Source: Clostridiales bacterium
GTDB lineage: Bacteria > Bacillota > Clostridia > Oscillospirales > CAG-272
DNA length: 64,000 nt
Direction: 5' to 3'
Assembly (NCBI GenBank): GCA_012727435.1
Contig: JAAYHB010000015.1
Span: forward strand, 107,197 to 171,196
How positions within the stretch are numbered: the first letter of the stretch is position 1; the number at the start of each line of letters is the position of its first letter. The position numbers and the translations under genes were made by a program. Below, in pieces: positions 10,294 through 19,200 of the stretch. The notes beneath the pieces were generated by a model. That model saw only the letters and a program-made list of their open reading frames with translations. It made no database searches and was not told the DNA's origin.

Positions 10294-10856
10294 ATGAATT
10301 CGCTCAATATCGTGCTGCACGAGCCCGAGATACCACAGAATACCTACCACAGAATACCGGAAACATCGCCCGCACCTGCGCGGCGGTCGGCGCCTCGCTC
10401 CACCTTATCAAGCCGCTTGGCTTTCGGGTTGACGACAAAAAGCTCAAGCGCGCCGGGCTTGACTACTGGCATGCGCTTGACATCACATACTATGAAAGTC
10501 TTGAGGACTTTTTCGCCCGCAATCCGGTATCACATACCTATTTATTTTCAACGAAAGCAGACATTGTTTATACCGATGTGACCTATCCCGACCCGGTTTT
10601 CCTGATGTTCGGCAAGGAAACCGCCGGCCTCCCCGAGGAGCTGCTCAGAGCCAGTCACGGCAGGTGCGTCCGCCTGCCGATGAGGGAGGGGCTGCGCAGC
10701 CTAAACCTCTCAAACTGCGCGGCGGTAGCGGTCTATGAGGTGCTGCGCCAACGCAGGTTCTGTGGCTTGCAGAAAGTCGGAAAACCGACCAAATTTTCAT
10801 GGGAGGATGTTGTCTGCGATACGCAAAGTAATATGTCAATGAGGAAAAATCCATGA
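10294..10856 (+). pseudogene. trmL: tRNA (cytidine/uridine-34 2'-O)-methyltransferase TrmL (SpoU family), frameshifted by a 14-bp tandem duplication
   Basis: The N-terminus [17 protein letters not shown] is in frame with ATG 10294. The C-terminal part, (V)TYPDPVFLMFGKETAGLPEELL...LRSLNLSNCAAVAVYEVLRQ, lies in the frame of ORF 10578..10856. Removing one 14-nt copy restores ...[43 protein letters not shown]... across the whole gene. Confidence 0.85.
10331..10358 (+). repeat. Perfect tandem direct duplication, 2 x TACCACAGAATACC
   Basis: Copy 1 is at 10331-10344 and copy 2 at 10345-10358, and they are identical. Fourteen nt is not a multiple of 3, so the duplication gives a +2 frameshift and a premature stop at 10579-10581. 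Confidence 0.95.
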
Positions 10857-11917
10857 AGAAAAAGGCTCTTGTCGCCATGAGCGGCGGTGTCGACAGCTCG
10901 ATCGCCGCTTATCTGACACTCAAGGAGGGCTACGACGCAGTCGCCGCCACTATATACACCGGAAACTACTCCTGCGGCGGAGAGGAGGATTCCTGCGCCG
11001 CCGGACGGGCTGTCGAGGACGCCCGTGCTGTGGCAAAGGTACTCGGCATCGAGCACTACACGCTTGATTTGTCGGGGCAATTCAGAAAATGTGTGGTTGA
11101 TTATTTTGTAAATACGTATATTTCCGGACAGACGCCGAACCCCTGCGTGGAGTGCAACCGGCATATAAAATTCGGTGCCCTGCTCGATTTTGCTCTCAAT
11201 CAGGGGGCCACAAAAATCGTGACCGGGCATTATGCCCGGGTCGCGAATGAAAACGGGCGGTATCTGCTAAAGAAAGCAAAAGACCCGGCAAAGGACCAGT
11301 CATACGTTCTCTGGCGCCTCAGTCAGCGGCAGCTCTCGCACATTTATTTCCCGCTGGCTGATTTCCGCAAGCAGGAGGTCCGCGAGATGGCCGCTGCACT
11401 CGGGCTTGTCACGGCAAAAAAGCAGGAAAGCCAGGACATATGCTTTATTCCGGACTCGGATTACGCCGCCTTCATAGAAAAGGCCGCCGGCCGGGTTCCC
11501 CCGCCGGGGGATTTCATCGACACCTCGGGGCGCGTGCTCGGCCGTCACCGGGGGCTGATACACTACACGACCGGCCAGCGCAAGAGGCTGGGGCTCTCGC
11601 TCGGCGAGCCTATGTATGTCAGGTCGAAGGACCCCGAAAAAAACACCGTAACCCTCTGCCGGGAGCCCGAGCTCTACAGCAAAAGGCTTGTTGCACGTCA
11701 AATCAATCTCATTGCCGCCGACACGCTGCCCGGCCCGGTGAGAGTCGGAGCAAAGACCCGGTACAGCCAGCGGGAGGTTCCGGCTGTTGTCTGCCAGACC
11801 GGGGAGGACGAGTTTGTGGTTGAGTTCGACACCCCGGTGCGGGCGGTGACCCCCGGGCAGTCGGTGATGCTCTACGACGGTAATACAGTCCTCGGCGGCG
11901 GCATCATAGTCGAATAG
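10853..11917 (+). CDS. mnmA: tRNA-specific 2-thiouridylase MnmA
   Basis: The protein starts MKKKALVAMSGGVDSS (PP-loop) and contains GQTPNPCVECNRHIKF and TGHYAR. The ATG overlaps the trmL stop as ATGA. Confidence 0.95.
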   Translation: MKKKALVAMSGGVDSSIAAYLTLKEGYDAVAATIYTGNYSCGGEEDSCAAGRAVEDARAVAKVLGIEHYTLDLSGQFRKCVVDYFVNTYISGQTPNPCVECNRHIKFGALLDFALNQGATKIVTGHYARVANENGRYLLKKAKDPAKDQSYVLWRLSQRQLSHIYFPLADFRKQEVREMAAALGLVTAKKQESQDICFIPDSDYAAFIEKAAGRVPPPGDFIDTSGRVLGRHRGLIHYTTGQRKRLGLSLGEPMYVRSKDPEKNTVTLCREPELYSKRLVARQINLIAADTLPGPVRVGAKTRYSQREVPAVVCQTGEDEFVVEFDTPVRAVTPGQSVMLYDGNTVLGGGIIVE

Positions 11918-11922
11918 CAAAC

Positions 11923-11960
11923 AAACCGGTCTTTTGGTTTTCCAAAAGACCGGTTTGCAT
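11923..11960 (+). terminator. Intrinsic terminator of mnmA
   Basis: AAACCGGTCTTTTGG (11923-11937), a tttt loop, then CCAAAAGACCGGTTT (11942-11956). This is a perfect 15-bp stem. Confidence 0.7.
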
Positions 11961-11990
11961 TTACTCAGGCTTTATTAAAGTTTTTTTATG

Positions 11991-12051
11991 ATTCTTAAGG
12001 AACTGTTCCCAAAAAGTCCCTTAAGCGGGGGCACGGGGGCAGAGCCCCCGT
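11991..12051 (-). repeat. REP-like intergenic repeat, copy 1 (CTTAAGG hairpin plus GGGGC-NNN-GCCCC hairpin)
   Basis: CTTAAGGAAC-tgttcccaaaaa-GTCCCTTAAG (11994-12025) is followed by GCGGGGGCACGGGGGCAGAGCCCCCGT. Related copies lie at 40231-40283, 40393-40426 and 55689-55724. This copy sits directly after the stop of the minus-strand gene 12059..12538. Confidence 0.6.
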
Positions 12052-12058
12052 CAAAGGT

Positions 12059-12538
12059 TTATTTTTTCGAGCCGCCTGTCACGTCGCCAGACACGCGCTT
12101 GAGGTAATATTCGATTTTGTCACCGTCTTTCACGGTGTACTCCGAGAAATCCACCGTGGCTTCTCTTCCGTTAAGGCTCCACCACCAGTATGTGATAATT
12201 TTCTCATCGCCGGAGGTCTCGGTGCCGGCCTCAATGCTGCCGATTGCCACAAGGAAGCCGTCCTCGTCGATAACCACGGCTTCATCCGATTCAAGGTAGA
12301 AGTAAAAGTCGATAAGATCAATCGGGGTCGGGGGTTTTCCGTTGTATGTATACTCGGGAATATCGTAAACCACGTTACCGTCAAGGTCTTTAACCTTCAT
12401 TGACACCTTTATGGTAACATCGGGCTCTTCGGTTGTGGTTTCATCTGTGCTGCCGTCGGCCCCGCCGTCACAGGCTGCAAATACCAACACAACAAACAAA
12501 AGAGACAAAACCAGCGCCAGTGCTTTCACATGCTTCAT
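12059..12538 (-). CDS. DUF4430-domain lipoprotein
   Basis: I chose ATG 12538, with GGAGG 8 nt upstream. The signal peptide has the lipobox LVFAAC. The C-terminal pattern ...YWWWSLNGREATVDFSEYTVKDGDKIEYY is typical of DUF4430 (transcobalamin-beta-like fold). Confidence 0.7.
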   Translation of the reverse strand: MKHVKALALVLSLLFVVLVFAACDGGADGSTDETTTEEPDVTIKVSMKVKDLDGNVVYDIPEYTYNGKPPTPIDLIDFYFYLESDEAVVIDEDGFLVAIGSIEAGTETSGDEKIITYWWWSLNGREATVDFSEYTVKDGDKIEYYLKRVSGDVTGGSKK

Positions 12539-12571
12539 TTTATCTACCTCCAATAGTGTTCAACTAGATAA

Positions 12572-12600
12572 ATTATACCCCCACATAAGGCGCTTGTCAA
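12572..12600 (-). promoter_or_regulatory. Sigma-A consensus promoter for the DUF4430 lipoprotein gene
   Basis: The minus strand reads TTGACA (12595-12600), a 17-nt spacer, then TATAAT (12572-12577). Confidence 0.6.
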
Positions 12601-12645
12601 GCCAAATCGGCTAATTTAAACGATTTAATTCCAGCATGATTCATT

Positions 12646-13167
12646 CTAATTGGTAAACAGGCACAGAATATTAAGCACCACCATATATATCATGAAGGCC
12701 GAAAAGGCAAACATCACTAAAGCCGCTGCCCTCTTCACCCGCAAGAAGCAGAAGGCGCAGAGCACCGACAGTACCAGCACCGCCTCGCAGACCAGCAGTG
12801 CAAAAAAGAGCGCGGCAGCCCCGAAAAAGAGGGGATACCAGATATAGCCGAGCGCCATCATCAGAACAAAGAGCATTCCGCCTTTGTATTTGACTGCCTC
12901 ATAAGGGCCGGGCCAGCAGCCAAGCACCATCCCGAAGGCCGCGCCGAGCAGAATATACCAAAGGGACCAGAGTAAAAACATCAGCCATACCGGCGGCAGT
13001 ATGCCGCGCAGGTTGCAGTAGGCAATCACGCGGTAGAGCGGGCCGACAATCAGCCTTATCACAAGTGCCGAAACCAAAGATACCGCGGCGCAGATTATAG
13101 CCATAAGCTTCTCGCGGGGAGAAAACAAAATGCCGTGCCCAGGGCGCGCTCTGTACCTTTTCTTCAT
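12646..13167 (-). CDS. Five-TM membrane protein, TspO/MBR-like (tentative)
   Basis: The protein is 173 aa. LPPVWLMFLLWSLWYILLGAAFG and GYIWYPLFFG resemble the Trp-rich TspO helices, but the canonical KP.W.PP segment is not clear. Confidence 0.4.
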   Translation of the reverse strand: MKKRYRARPGHGILFSPREKLMAIICAAVSLVSALVIRLIVGPLYRVIAYCNLRGILPPVWLMFLLWSLWYILLGAAFGMVLGCWPGPYEAVKYKGGMLFVLMMALGYIWYPLFFGAAALFFALLVCEAVLVLSVLCAFCFLRVKRAAALVMFAFSAFMIYMVVLNILCLFTN

Positions 13168-13203
13168 AAAAAATCACCTCACATCATAATGATATGAGGT
13201 GAT
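13168..13203 (-). terminator. Terminator of the PBP gene whose 3' arm contains the Shine-Dalgarno site of the next gene
   Basis: The minus-strand RNA reads AUCACCUCAUAUCA-UUA-UGAUGUGAGGUGAU-UUUUUU-AUG. The stem is 14 bp with one mismatch. GAGGUGA (13174-13180) lies inside the stem, and the U6 run leads straight into ATG 13167. Confidence 0.6.
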
Positions 13204-13237
13204 TTTGCCTTTCATGTCGCGCACCGCCCGAAAAGCG

Positions 13238-15769
13238 CTACTCAAACGGCCAGAGAGGCCACGAAAACTGCGGCCGGCTCGTCTCGGCGGTGGTTGTATC
13301 GACCGCCGTGGTTGTACTGTATGATTTTGTGCCGTGCAGCGGGCAGTACCTGTTGAACTGGGCGGTGGTGTTTGAGATTCCGCAGTACTCCTTCGGCCCG
13401 AGTAAATTCAAAAAGAAAGGCTGATTCAAGTTCAGCGCAGGCTCGATAAACGGCGGCAGCCTCCGCCATACATACTGCGCGTCGGTCACATAAACCTGCA
13501 CCGGGAAGCTTCGCTCGACCTGAATCATCCCGACCTTAATCAGGTTCTCGACAGGGCAATTCGGGCAGGCCACGCCCCCGCTGACAATGTCGTAATCGAC
13601 GGTAATATGGCAGTCGCAGCGCTCGTCGGGCTCCTCGCCGGCCACAAACCAGCACGTCACCCCGCGGTCGCCCCGCGGGTCGGTCCGACAGGCGGCAGTC
13701 ATGAGTTTTCCCGAGTCGGCGCAACACCTGACCCCGACAACCTTCGGCGAGATATTGAATCCGGCCGGCGTACCGCCGCCGGTTATATACTTCTCGTGGA
13801 GGATTGTCATAATCTCGTCCCAGATCTCAAGGCAGATGGTGTTCGACACCCCCGCGAGGGGCTTCGGGTATTCGTGGCCGCACCAGACGCCGCCGATAAA
13901 GTACGGCGTGTACCCGACAAACCATTTGTCGCAGTTGTCCTGCGTCGTGCCGGTCTTGCCGGCGGTCTCGACATACTTATCCAAGGTCACTGCCTTCGCG
14001 GTGCCCTGGCTGACGACGTTTTTGAGCATGAGCGTCATTATCGAGGCGGTCTCCTTGCTAATCGCCCGGACCCCCGAGTTGTAATAGTCGTTTGCAAGCA
14101 GGACATTTCCGTCCGAGTCGGTTACCTTGATGTATGAGCGCGGGGGACTGTACACCCCGTTGTTGACAAACATCGAATATGCCGCGGTCAGCTCCCGTAA
14201 TGTGACCCCGAAATTCTGCTGCCCGAGCGCCAGCGCCGCAAGCCCGATATCGGTTATCTGCGTGCCGTCAGCGAGTGTCTGCCGTTCGACAAGGCTGCTC
14301 ATTCCGGCCTTCCTCACGAGAAAATCAAACGAACTCTGCTCGCCGAGGTCGGTCAGGACTCTCACGGCCACGGTGTTCACCGAGTCCTGGATTGCCCTGA
14401 TTATATTAGTCAGCCCGTGGTAGACCGCGGGGGAGTTGCTCGGCCAGGGGGCAAGCCCGCCGCCGGTGTTCCTGAAGCTGACCGGAACGTCGTCGTAAAC
14501 CGTGGCGCTGGTGATAATTCCGGCCTCGAGCGCCGGCGCGTAGACCGAGAGCGGCTTTATGGTCGAACCCGAGGGGCGGCGGGTCATGGTAGCGTAATTC
14601 TGGACCCGGTTTGCGGTCTTCTCGCCGACAGCACCGGCCACCCCGAGTATGTCGCCGGTGTAGGGGTCGATTATTATCATCGCCGACTCAAAGGGGTTGT
14701 CGCCAGGTATGTCGGGAAAATTTCCGGCATTGCCGTAATACTCCTCAAGCAGATTCTGAACTTCGGGGTCCATGGCGGTATATATGCGCAGGCCGCCCGA
14801 GTAGACCATGAAGCTCGCGGCATCCCTGCTATAGCCGTACTCGGCGCACAGGTCGGCGATGACATCCTCGACTACCATGTCGACATACCACGAGTTCACC
14901 CCGTCGTAGCTCTCGTACCATGAAAGGTCGAGGACAAGCTCGGCGCCGTATGCCGCGCTGAACTCCTCCTCCGAAATATAGCCCTGCTGAAACATCTGCT
15001 CGAGTATTATATCGCGCCGCTCCTTGTTCTTCTCGGGAAAGCGCGCCGGGTCGTATCGGTAGGGGTTGTTGGTAATCGCGGCGAGAGCGGCGCATTCGAT
15101 GAGCGAAAGCTGCGAGACATCTTTTGAGAAATAGGTGTTTGCCGCCGCCTGAACTCCGATGCAGCCATGTGATAAATTTATGATATTCATATAAAGTTCG
15201 AGAATCTCGGTCTTGTCGAGCTTTGTCTCAAGGTCGAGCGCCCAGATAATTTCCTGAATTTTGCGCTGCGGGGAGACGTCGTCCCGACCGGTGATGTTTT
15301 TTATCACCTGCTGTGTAATTGTCGAGCCCCCGAAGGTGCTGTCCGTGCCGAAAAAATAGTTGACGGCAGCCTTTGCGGTCCTTATCCAGTCAACCCCCGA
15401 ATGCTTCCAGAACCGCTTGTCCTCAATTGCAATAAAGGCGTGCTTTAGGTTATCGGGCACCGCGTCGTACGAGACGTATATGCAGTTGCCGGGGCTGTGC
15501 AGCTTCTCCCCGACAAGCTCGACAAGCTCGCCCGCCCGCATTTGCCGGTCGGTAAAGTCATAACAGTATATCTTGGTCGTGCCCCGCCGGGCAGCCCCGG
15601 CAAACAGCGAAACGTCAATGCTGTCGTCGTAGTTTGAGCTTAAATATATGGTAAAATAAAATCCCGCGACAAGCAGCACCGCCATTGTCAGAATGCAGAA
15701 AATCGAAAGAAGGCTTACTATCACCCTGAACCTGTGCCTTATCTTATGGTCGCGTCTTTGCTTCTCCAT
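13238..15769 (-). CDS. Class A penicillin-binding protein (transglycosylase/transpeptidase, PBP1A family) with a Cys-rich C-terminal extension
   Basis: The ORF 13238..16171 was trimmed to ATG 15769 (MEKQRRDHKIRH.., then a TM segment). The GT51 motifs are AIEDKRFWKHSGVD and GGSTITQQ. The transpeptidase motifs are SGSTIKP and KTGTT. Confidence 0.9.
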   Translation of the reverse strand: MEKQRRDHKIRHRFRVIVSLLSIFCILTMAVLLVAGFYFTIYLSSNYDDSIDVSLFAGAARRGTTKIYCYDFTDRQMRAGELVELVGEKLHSPGNCIYVSYDAVPDNLKHAFIAIEDKRFWKHSGVDWIRTAKAAVNYFFGTDSTFGGSTITQQVIKNITGRDDVSPQRKIQEIIWALDLETKLDKTEILELYMNIINLSHGCIGVQAAANTYFSKDVSQLSLIECAALAAITNNPYRYDPARFPEKNKERRDIILEQMFQQGYISEEEFSAAYGAELVLDLSWYESYDGVNSWYVDMVVEDVIADLCAEYGYSRDAASFMVYSGGLRIYTAMDPEVQNLLEEYYGNAGNFPDIPGDNPFESAMIIIDPYTGDILGVAGAVGEKTANRVQNYATMTRRPSGSTIKPLSVYAPALEAGIITSATVYDDVPVSFRNTGGGLAPWPSNSPAVYHGLTNIIRAIQDSVNTVAVRVLTDLGEQSSFDFLVRKAGMSSLVERQTLADGTQITDIGLAALALGQQNFGVTLRELTAAYSMFVNNGVYSPPRSYIKVTDSDGNVLLANDYYNSGVRAISKETASIMTLMLKNVVSQGTAKAVTLDKYVETAGKTGTTQDNCDKWFVGYTPYFIGGVWCGHEYPKPLAGVSNTICLEIWDEIMTILHEKYITGGGTPAGFNISPKVVGVRCCADSGKLMTAACRTDPRGDRGVTCWFVAGEEPDERCDCHITVDYDIVSGGVACPNCPVENLIKVGMIQVERSFPVQVYVTDAQYVWRRLPPFIEPALNLNQPFFLNLLGPKEYCGISNTTAQFNRYCPLHGTKSYSTTTAVDTTTAETSRPQFSWPLWPFE

Positions 15770-15866
15770 ACTATCCCCCGGTGTCCGGTTTTTGCATGTT
15801 TTCCGTATATATGTTTTCCCGGCTGATAATAATATAAACACAAAGACGAAAAAAGGGTAGAAAAAT

Positions 15867-16244
15867 ATGGAGCTTGAAAACGATAAACGGGAATTGACCA
15901 CGGCGGCGCTGATAGTCGCTCTGGCGGCGGTGCTGATATCGGCCATTTCCCTGTATTTTATAGTTTCCGTCTCGGTTCGGCTTGACAGGCTGACCACAGA
16001 GGCTGAAAAGCTGAATTCAGCGGTTTCCGAACTTGCTGCCGGGGAGGAGACCGGCGAGCAGGTTTTTGTCCTCCACGAATATGAGGGTGTCATCGGGGTT
16101 TTTGACTCTTCGGGGGTGCTTGTCGATATCATCAATGTCAAGGTAATGAGCCTGCCCGAGGCCGACCGCAAAATGCTCGAGAGCGGGATTTATGCCTTCT
16201 CAAGAGGCGAACTGCTCTCGCTGATCGAGGATTACACCGAGTAG
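15867..16244 (+). CDS. Small membrane-anchored hypothetical protein (125 aa), divergent from the PBP gene
   Basis: It has an N-terminal TM segment (TTAALIVALAAVLISAISLYFIV), a coiled segment, and VFVLHEYEGVIGVFDSSG...SLPEADRKMLESGIYAFSRGELLSLIEDYTE. A terminator follows. I cannot assign a family confidently. Confidence 0.6.
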   Translation: MELENDKRELTTAALIVALAAVLISAISLYFIVSVSVRLDRLTTEAEKLNSAVSELAAGEETGEQVFVLHEYEGVIGVFDSSGVLVDIINVKVMSLPEADRKMLESGIYAFSRGELLSLIEDYTE

Positions 16245-16256
16245 CCGCCTTCCGAC

Positions 16257-16287
16257 AAAAAAAGCGGGGACCCTGCCCCGCTTTTTA
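16257..16287. terminator. Bidirectional terminator between the 15867..16244 gene and dnaE
   Basis: AGCGGGG (16263-16269), a loop, then CCCCGCT (16276-16282). An A-run lies before it and a T-run after it. Confidence 0.65.
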
Positions 16288-16293
16288 TTCGCC

Positions 16294-19200
16294 TTATTTT
16301 ACAACCACATTTTCGGGTCCGAGCAGCTCGACGAACTCGCCCGCGACAAAATCGGTGAGCGCAACACCCCGCTCGTACTGCTTGTATGAGGCCGTTTTGG
16401 TGTCATAGAAAATCACCGGAACGTCGCCCGTGAAAATTTCCACCAGATTAACAGCCTTATTAAACTTCTCCGAACCCGCCTCGACCCGCAGAAAGAGCCT
16501 TCGCCCCGCCTTCCTGCCGGCGCCATTTCCTGCGCTTTTCAACTGGTTTTCACCGGGCGTCGCTTTTGGGGCTTCGCTGTCATTTTGTACTTCTTTACAG
16601 CCTGCACCCCCGGTGTAGCGGCTGTTCTCGACCAGCGCGCCGACTTCCTCGGCGATAATTCTTGCCGGCTCGTCCTCGCGAAGCTGCACCCTGCCCGAAA
16701 TATACACGCCGCAGTCAGGCCGGATGAGCTCATAATACTGGCGGAATACCTTGGGGAACAGGATGCACTCGATCTCGCCGTACCTGTCCTCAAGGGTGAT
16801 AAAGGCCATGCGCTCGTCCTTTCTGGTTATCTTGACAGAGACCGAGCTGATTATCCCGGCAACCGCCACCTGCAGGCCGTCAAGCATGCTGCCCGCCTCT
16901 GGGTCCTCGCTCCCGGCGACAATATCGGTAATCGGAGTGACTCCGAGGTCGGCGATGCACTTTGAGTAGCTGTCGATGAGGTGGCCCGAGAAGTACATCC
17001 CCGAGCACTCCTTCTCAAGCAAAAGCCGCTCGCGCAGCGTATATTCCGGTATCTCGGGGTAGGAAAAGCCCTGCGGCTGCTCCTCTGGCTCGGTCAGCGA
17101 AAAGAGGTCAAGCTGGCCCGAGATATTCCGCCGCTTCTTCTCGGTGACAGCATCGATGATTTTTTCATAGGAGACCATCAGCCGGCTGCGGTAAACCCCC
17201 AGCCTGTCAAATGCTCCGGCTTTTATCAGCGACTCGACCTGGCGCTTGTTGATGTCATAGTCGGCCATGCGCTCGATGAAGTCCTCAAACGAGCGGAAGT
17301 CGCCTCTCTTGCGCTCCTCGATTATGTTTGCGACAAACTGCCGGCTTACATTTTTTAGTGCGAGCAAGCCGAAGAGTATGTCCCCGCCGCTGACATTGAA
17401 GTACATCATGCTTCGGTTGATGTCGGGGGGTAGTACCGAGATGCCGCGCTTTGCGCACTCGGCGGTGTACTGTGCGATTTTCGGCATATTGCCGAGCACC
17501 GAGGTAAGTAGTGCCGCAAAATACTCACGCGGCCAGTGGGCGCTGAGATATGCCGTCCGAAAGGCGATTACGGCATAGGCCGCCGCGTGTCCCTTCGGGA
17601 AGGCGTAATTTGCAAAGCTGTTCATGCTCTCAAAAATCTCGGCGGCGGTCTCGCGGTCGATGCCGCGCTCGGCGGCTCCGGCAATAAAGCTCTCGCGCTC
17701 TGCCTCCATGACAGATGCCTTTTTCTTTGCCATGGCGCGGCGCACGAGGTCGGCGTGCCCCAGAGTATAGCCGGCAAGCTCGCGGAAAATGCTCATCACC
17801 TGCTCCTGATAGACGATGCAGCCGTAGGTCTCGCGCAGTATCGGCTCGAGCGCCGGGGTGGCGTATTTGACAGCCGAGCTGTCGTGCCGGCACCTGATGT
17901 ATCTCGGTATCGAGTCCATCGGCCCCGGACGGTAGAGGGCAATCGCGGTCAGCAGGTCCTCAATGCTCTCGGGGCGCAGCGACATGAGCATCTGCCGCAT
18001 CCCCTCCGACTCAAACTGGAAAACCCCGGTGGTCATGCCCGCGGAGATGAGCTCGTAGGTTTCTTTATCGTCAAGCGGCAGGCTCTCGATATTAAATTCG
18101 GGGTCGTGCTGCCTTATCTGCTCCTGTGCATCGTTGATTATAGTCAGGTAGCGCAGGCCGAGAAAATCGAACTTCAGCAGCCCGAGTTTCTCAATGGTCT
18201 CCATGTCGAACTGGGTTATAGGCGTCCCGTTGCTGGTTGCCAGCGGTACATACTCGTATATCGGCGCGTCGGTTATCACCACGCCGGCCGCGTGGACCGA
18301 GACGTTCCTCGGCATCCCCTCGAGCGAGGCGGCGGTGTCGACCAGCTTTCTCACCTGCTCGGAGGATTCGTATAGCTGCTTGAGCTCGGGCATCTTGAGC
18401 GCCAGCCCGATTGTCATGCCGGGCTGCTGGGGTATCGCCCGGGCCACGACGTCGACCTCGCCGTAGGACATTCCGAGCGCCCGTCCGGTGTCGCGGACCG
18501 CGGCGCGGGCGGCCAGCGTGCCGAAGGTCGCTATCTGCGAGACATGGTCGTCGCCGTATTTCCGGACCACATAGTCGATAACCTCGCCCCGCCGGTTGTA
18601 GCAGAAATCTACGTCAATATCCGGCATGCTGACCCGCTCGGGGTTGAGAAAGCGCTCAAAAATAAGCCCGAAGCGTATCGAGTCAATGTCGGTAATCTTA
18701 AGACAATAAGCGACAAGGCTCCCGGCGCCCGAGCCGCGGCCCGGCCCAACCGGAATTCCCCGGTTCTTGGCATAATTTACATAATCCTGTACGATGAGGA
18801 AGTATTCCGAATACCCCATCCGCTCGATAAGCGAGAGCTCGTACTCGAGCCGCTCGCGGTACTCTTTTTCGGTATGCTGCCCGTCAAATTTTATCTGCCC
18901 TGATTTCACCCGCGCCTCAAAGCCGTCAAAGGTCAGCTTTCTTAAGTATCCTGCGGGGTCATATCCTGCCGGGCAGCGGTAGCGCGGCAGGTAGTGCTTG
19001 CTCATGTCAAAGTCAAAACTGCACATCTCGGCAATTCTGACGGTATTTTCAATCGCACCCGGGTACTCTCCGAACAGGGCCGTCATCTCCTCGGTGGTTT
19101 TGTAGTAAAACTCGTCGGTCTCAAAGCCAATCGGCCGTCCGTCGGTTATTACGCTGTTTGTCTGAATGCACATCAGTATCGCCTGAGTGTCGGCGTCTTC

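Noticed and set aside
9508-10581. 357-aa ORF on the plus strand
   Set aside because: Most of it is antisense to secA. Only its last part (10294-10581) is real coding sequence, namely the frameshifted N-terminal fragment of trmL.
12539-12571. Possible cobalamin riboswitch upstream of the DUF4430 lipoprotein gene
   Set aside because: The leader is only about 35 nt, which leaves no room for a B12 aptamer.
15770-16171. N-terminal 134-aa extension of the PBP ORF (track start 16171)
   Set aside because: The extension overlaps the divergent plus-strand gene 15867..16244 and the promoter region. The PBP cytoplasmic tail and TM segment begin at MEKQRR (ATG 15769).
17536-18375. 279-aa plus-strand ORF (similar cases at 47042..47827 and 44808..45263)
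   Set aside because: These are antisense shadows of dnaE, the SBP gene and the PurL-like gene respectively. None has a ribosome-binding site or recognisable motifs.
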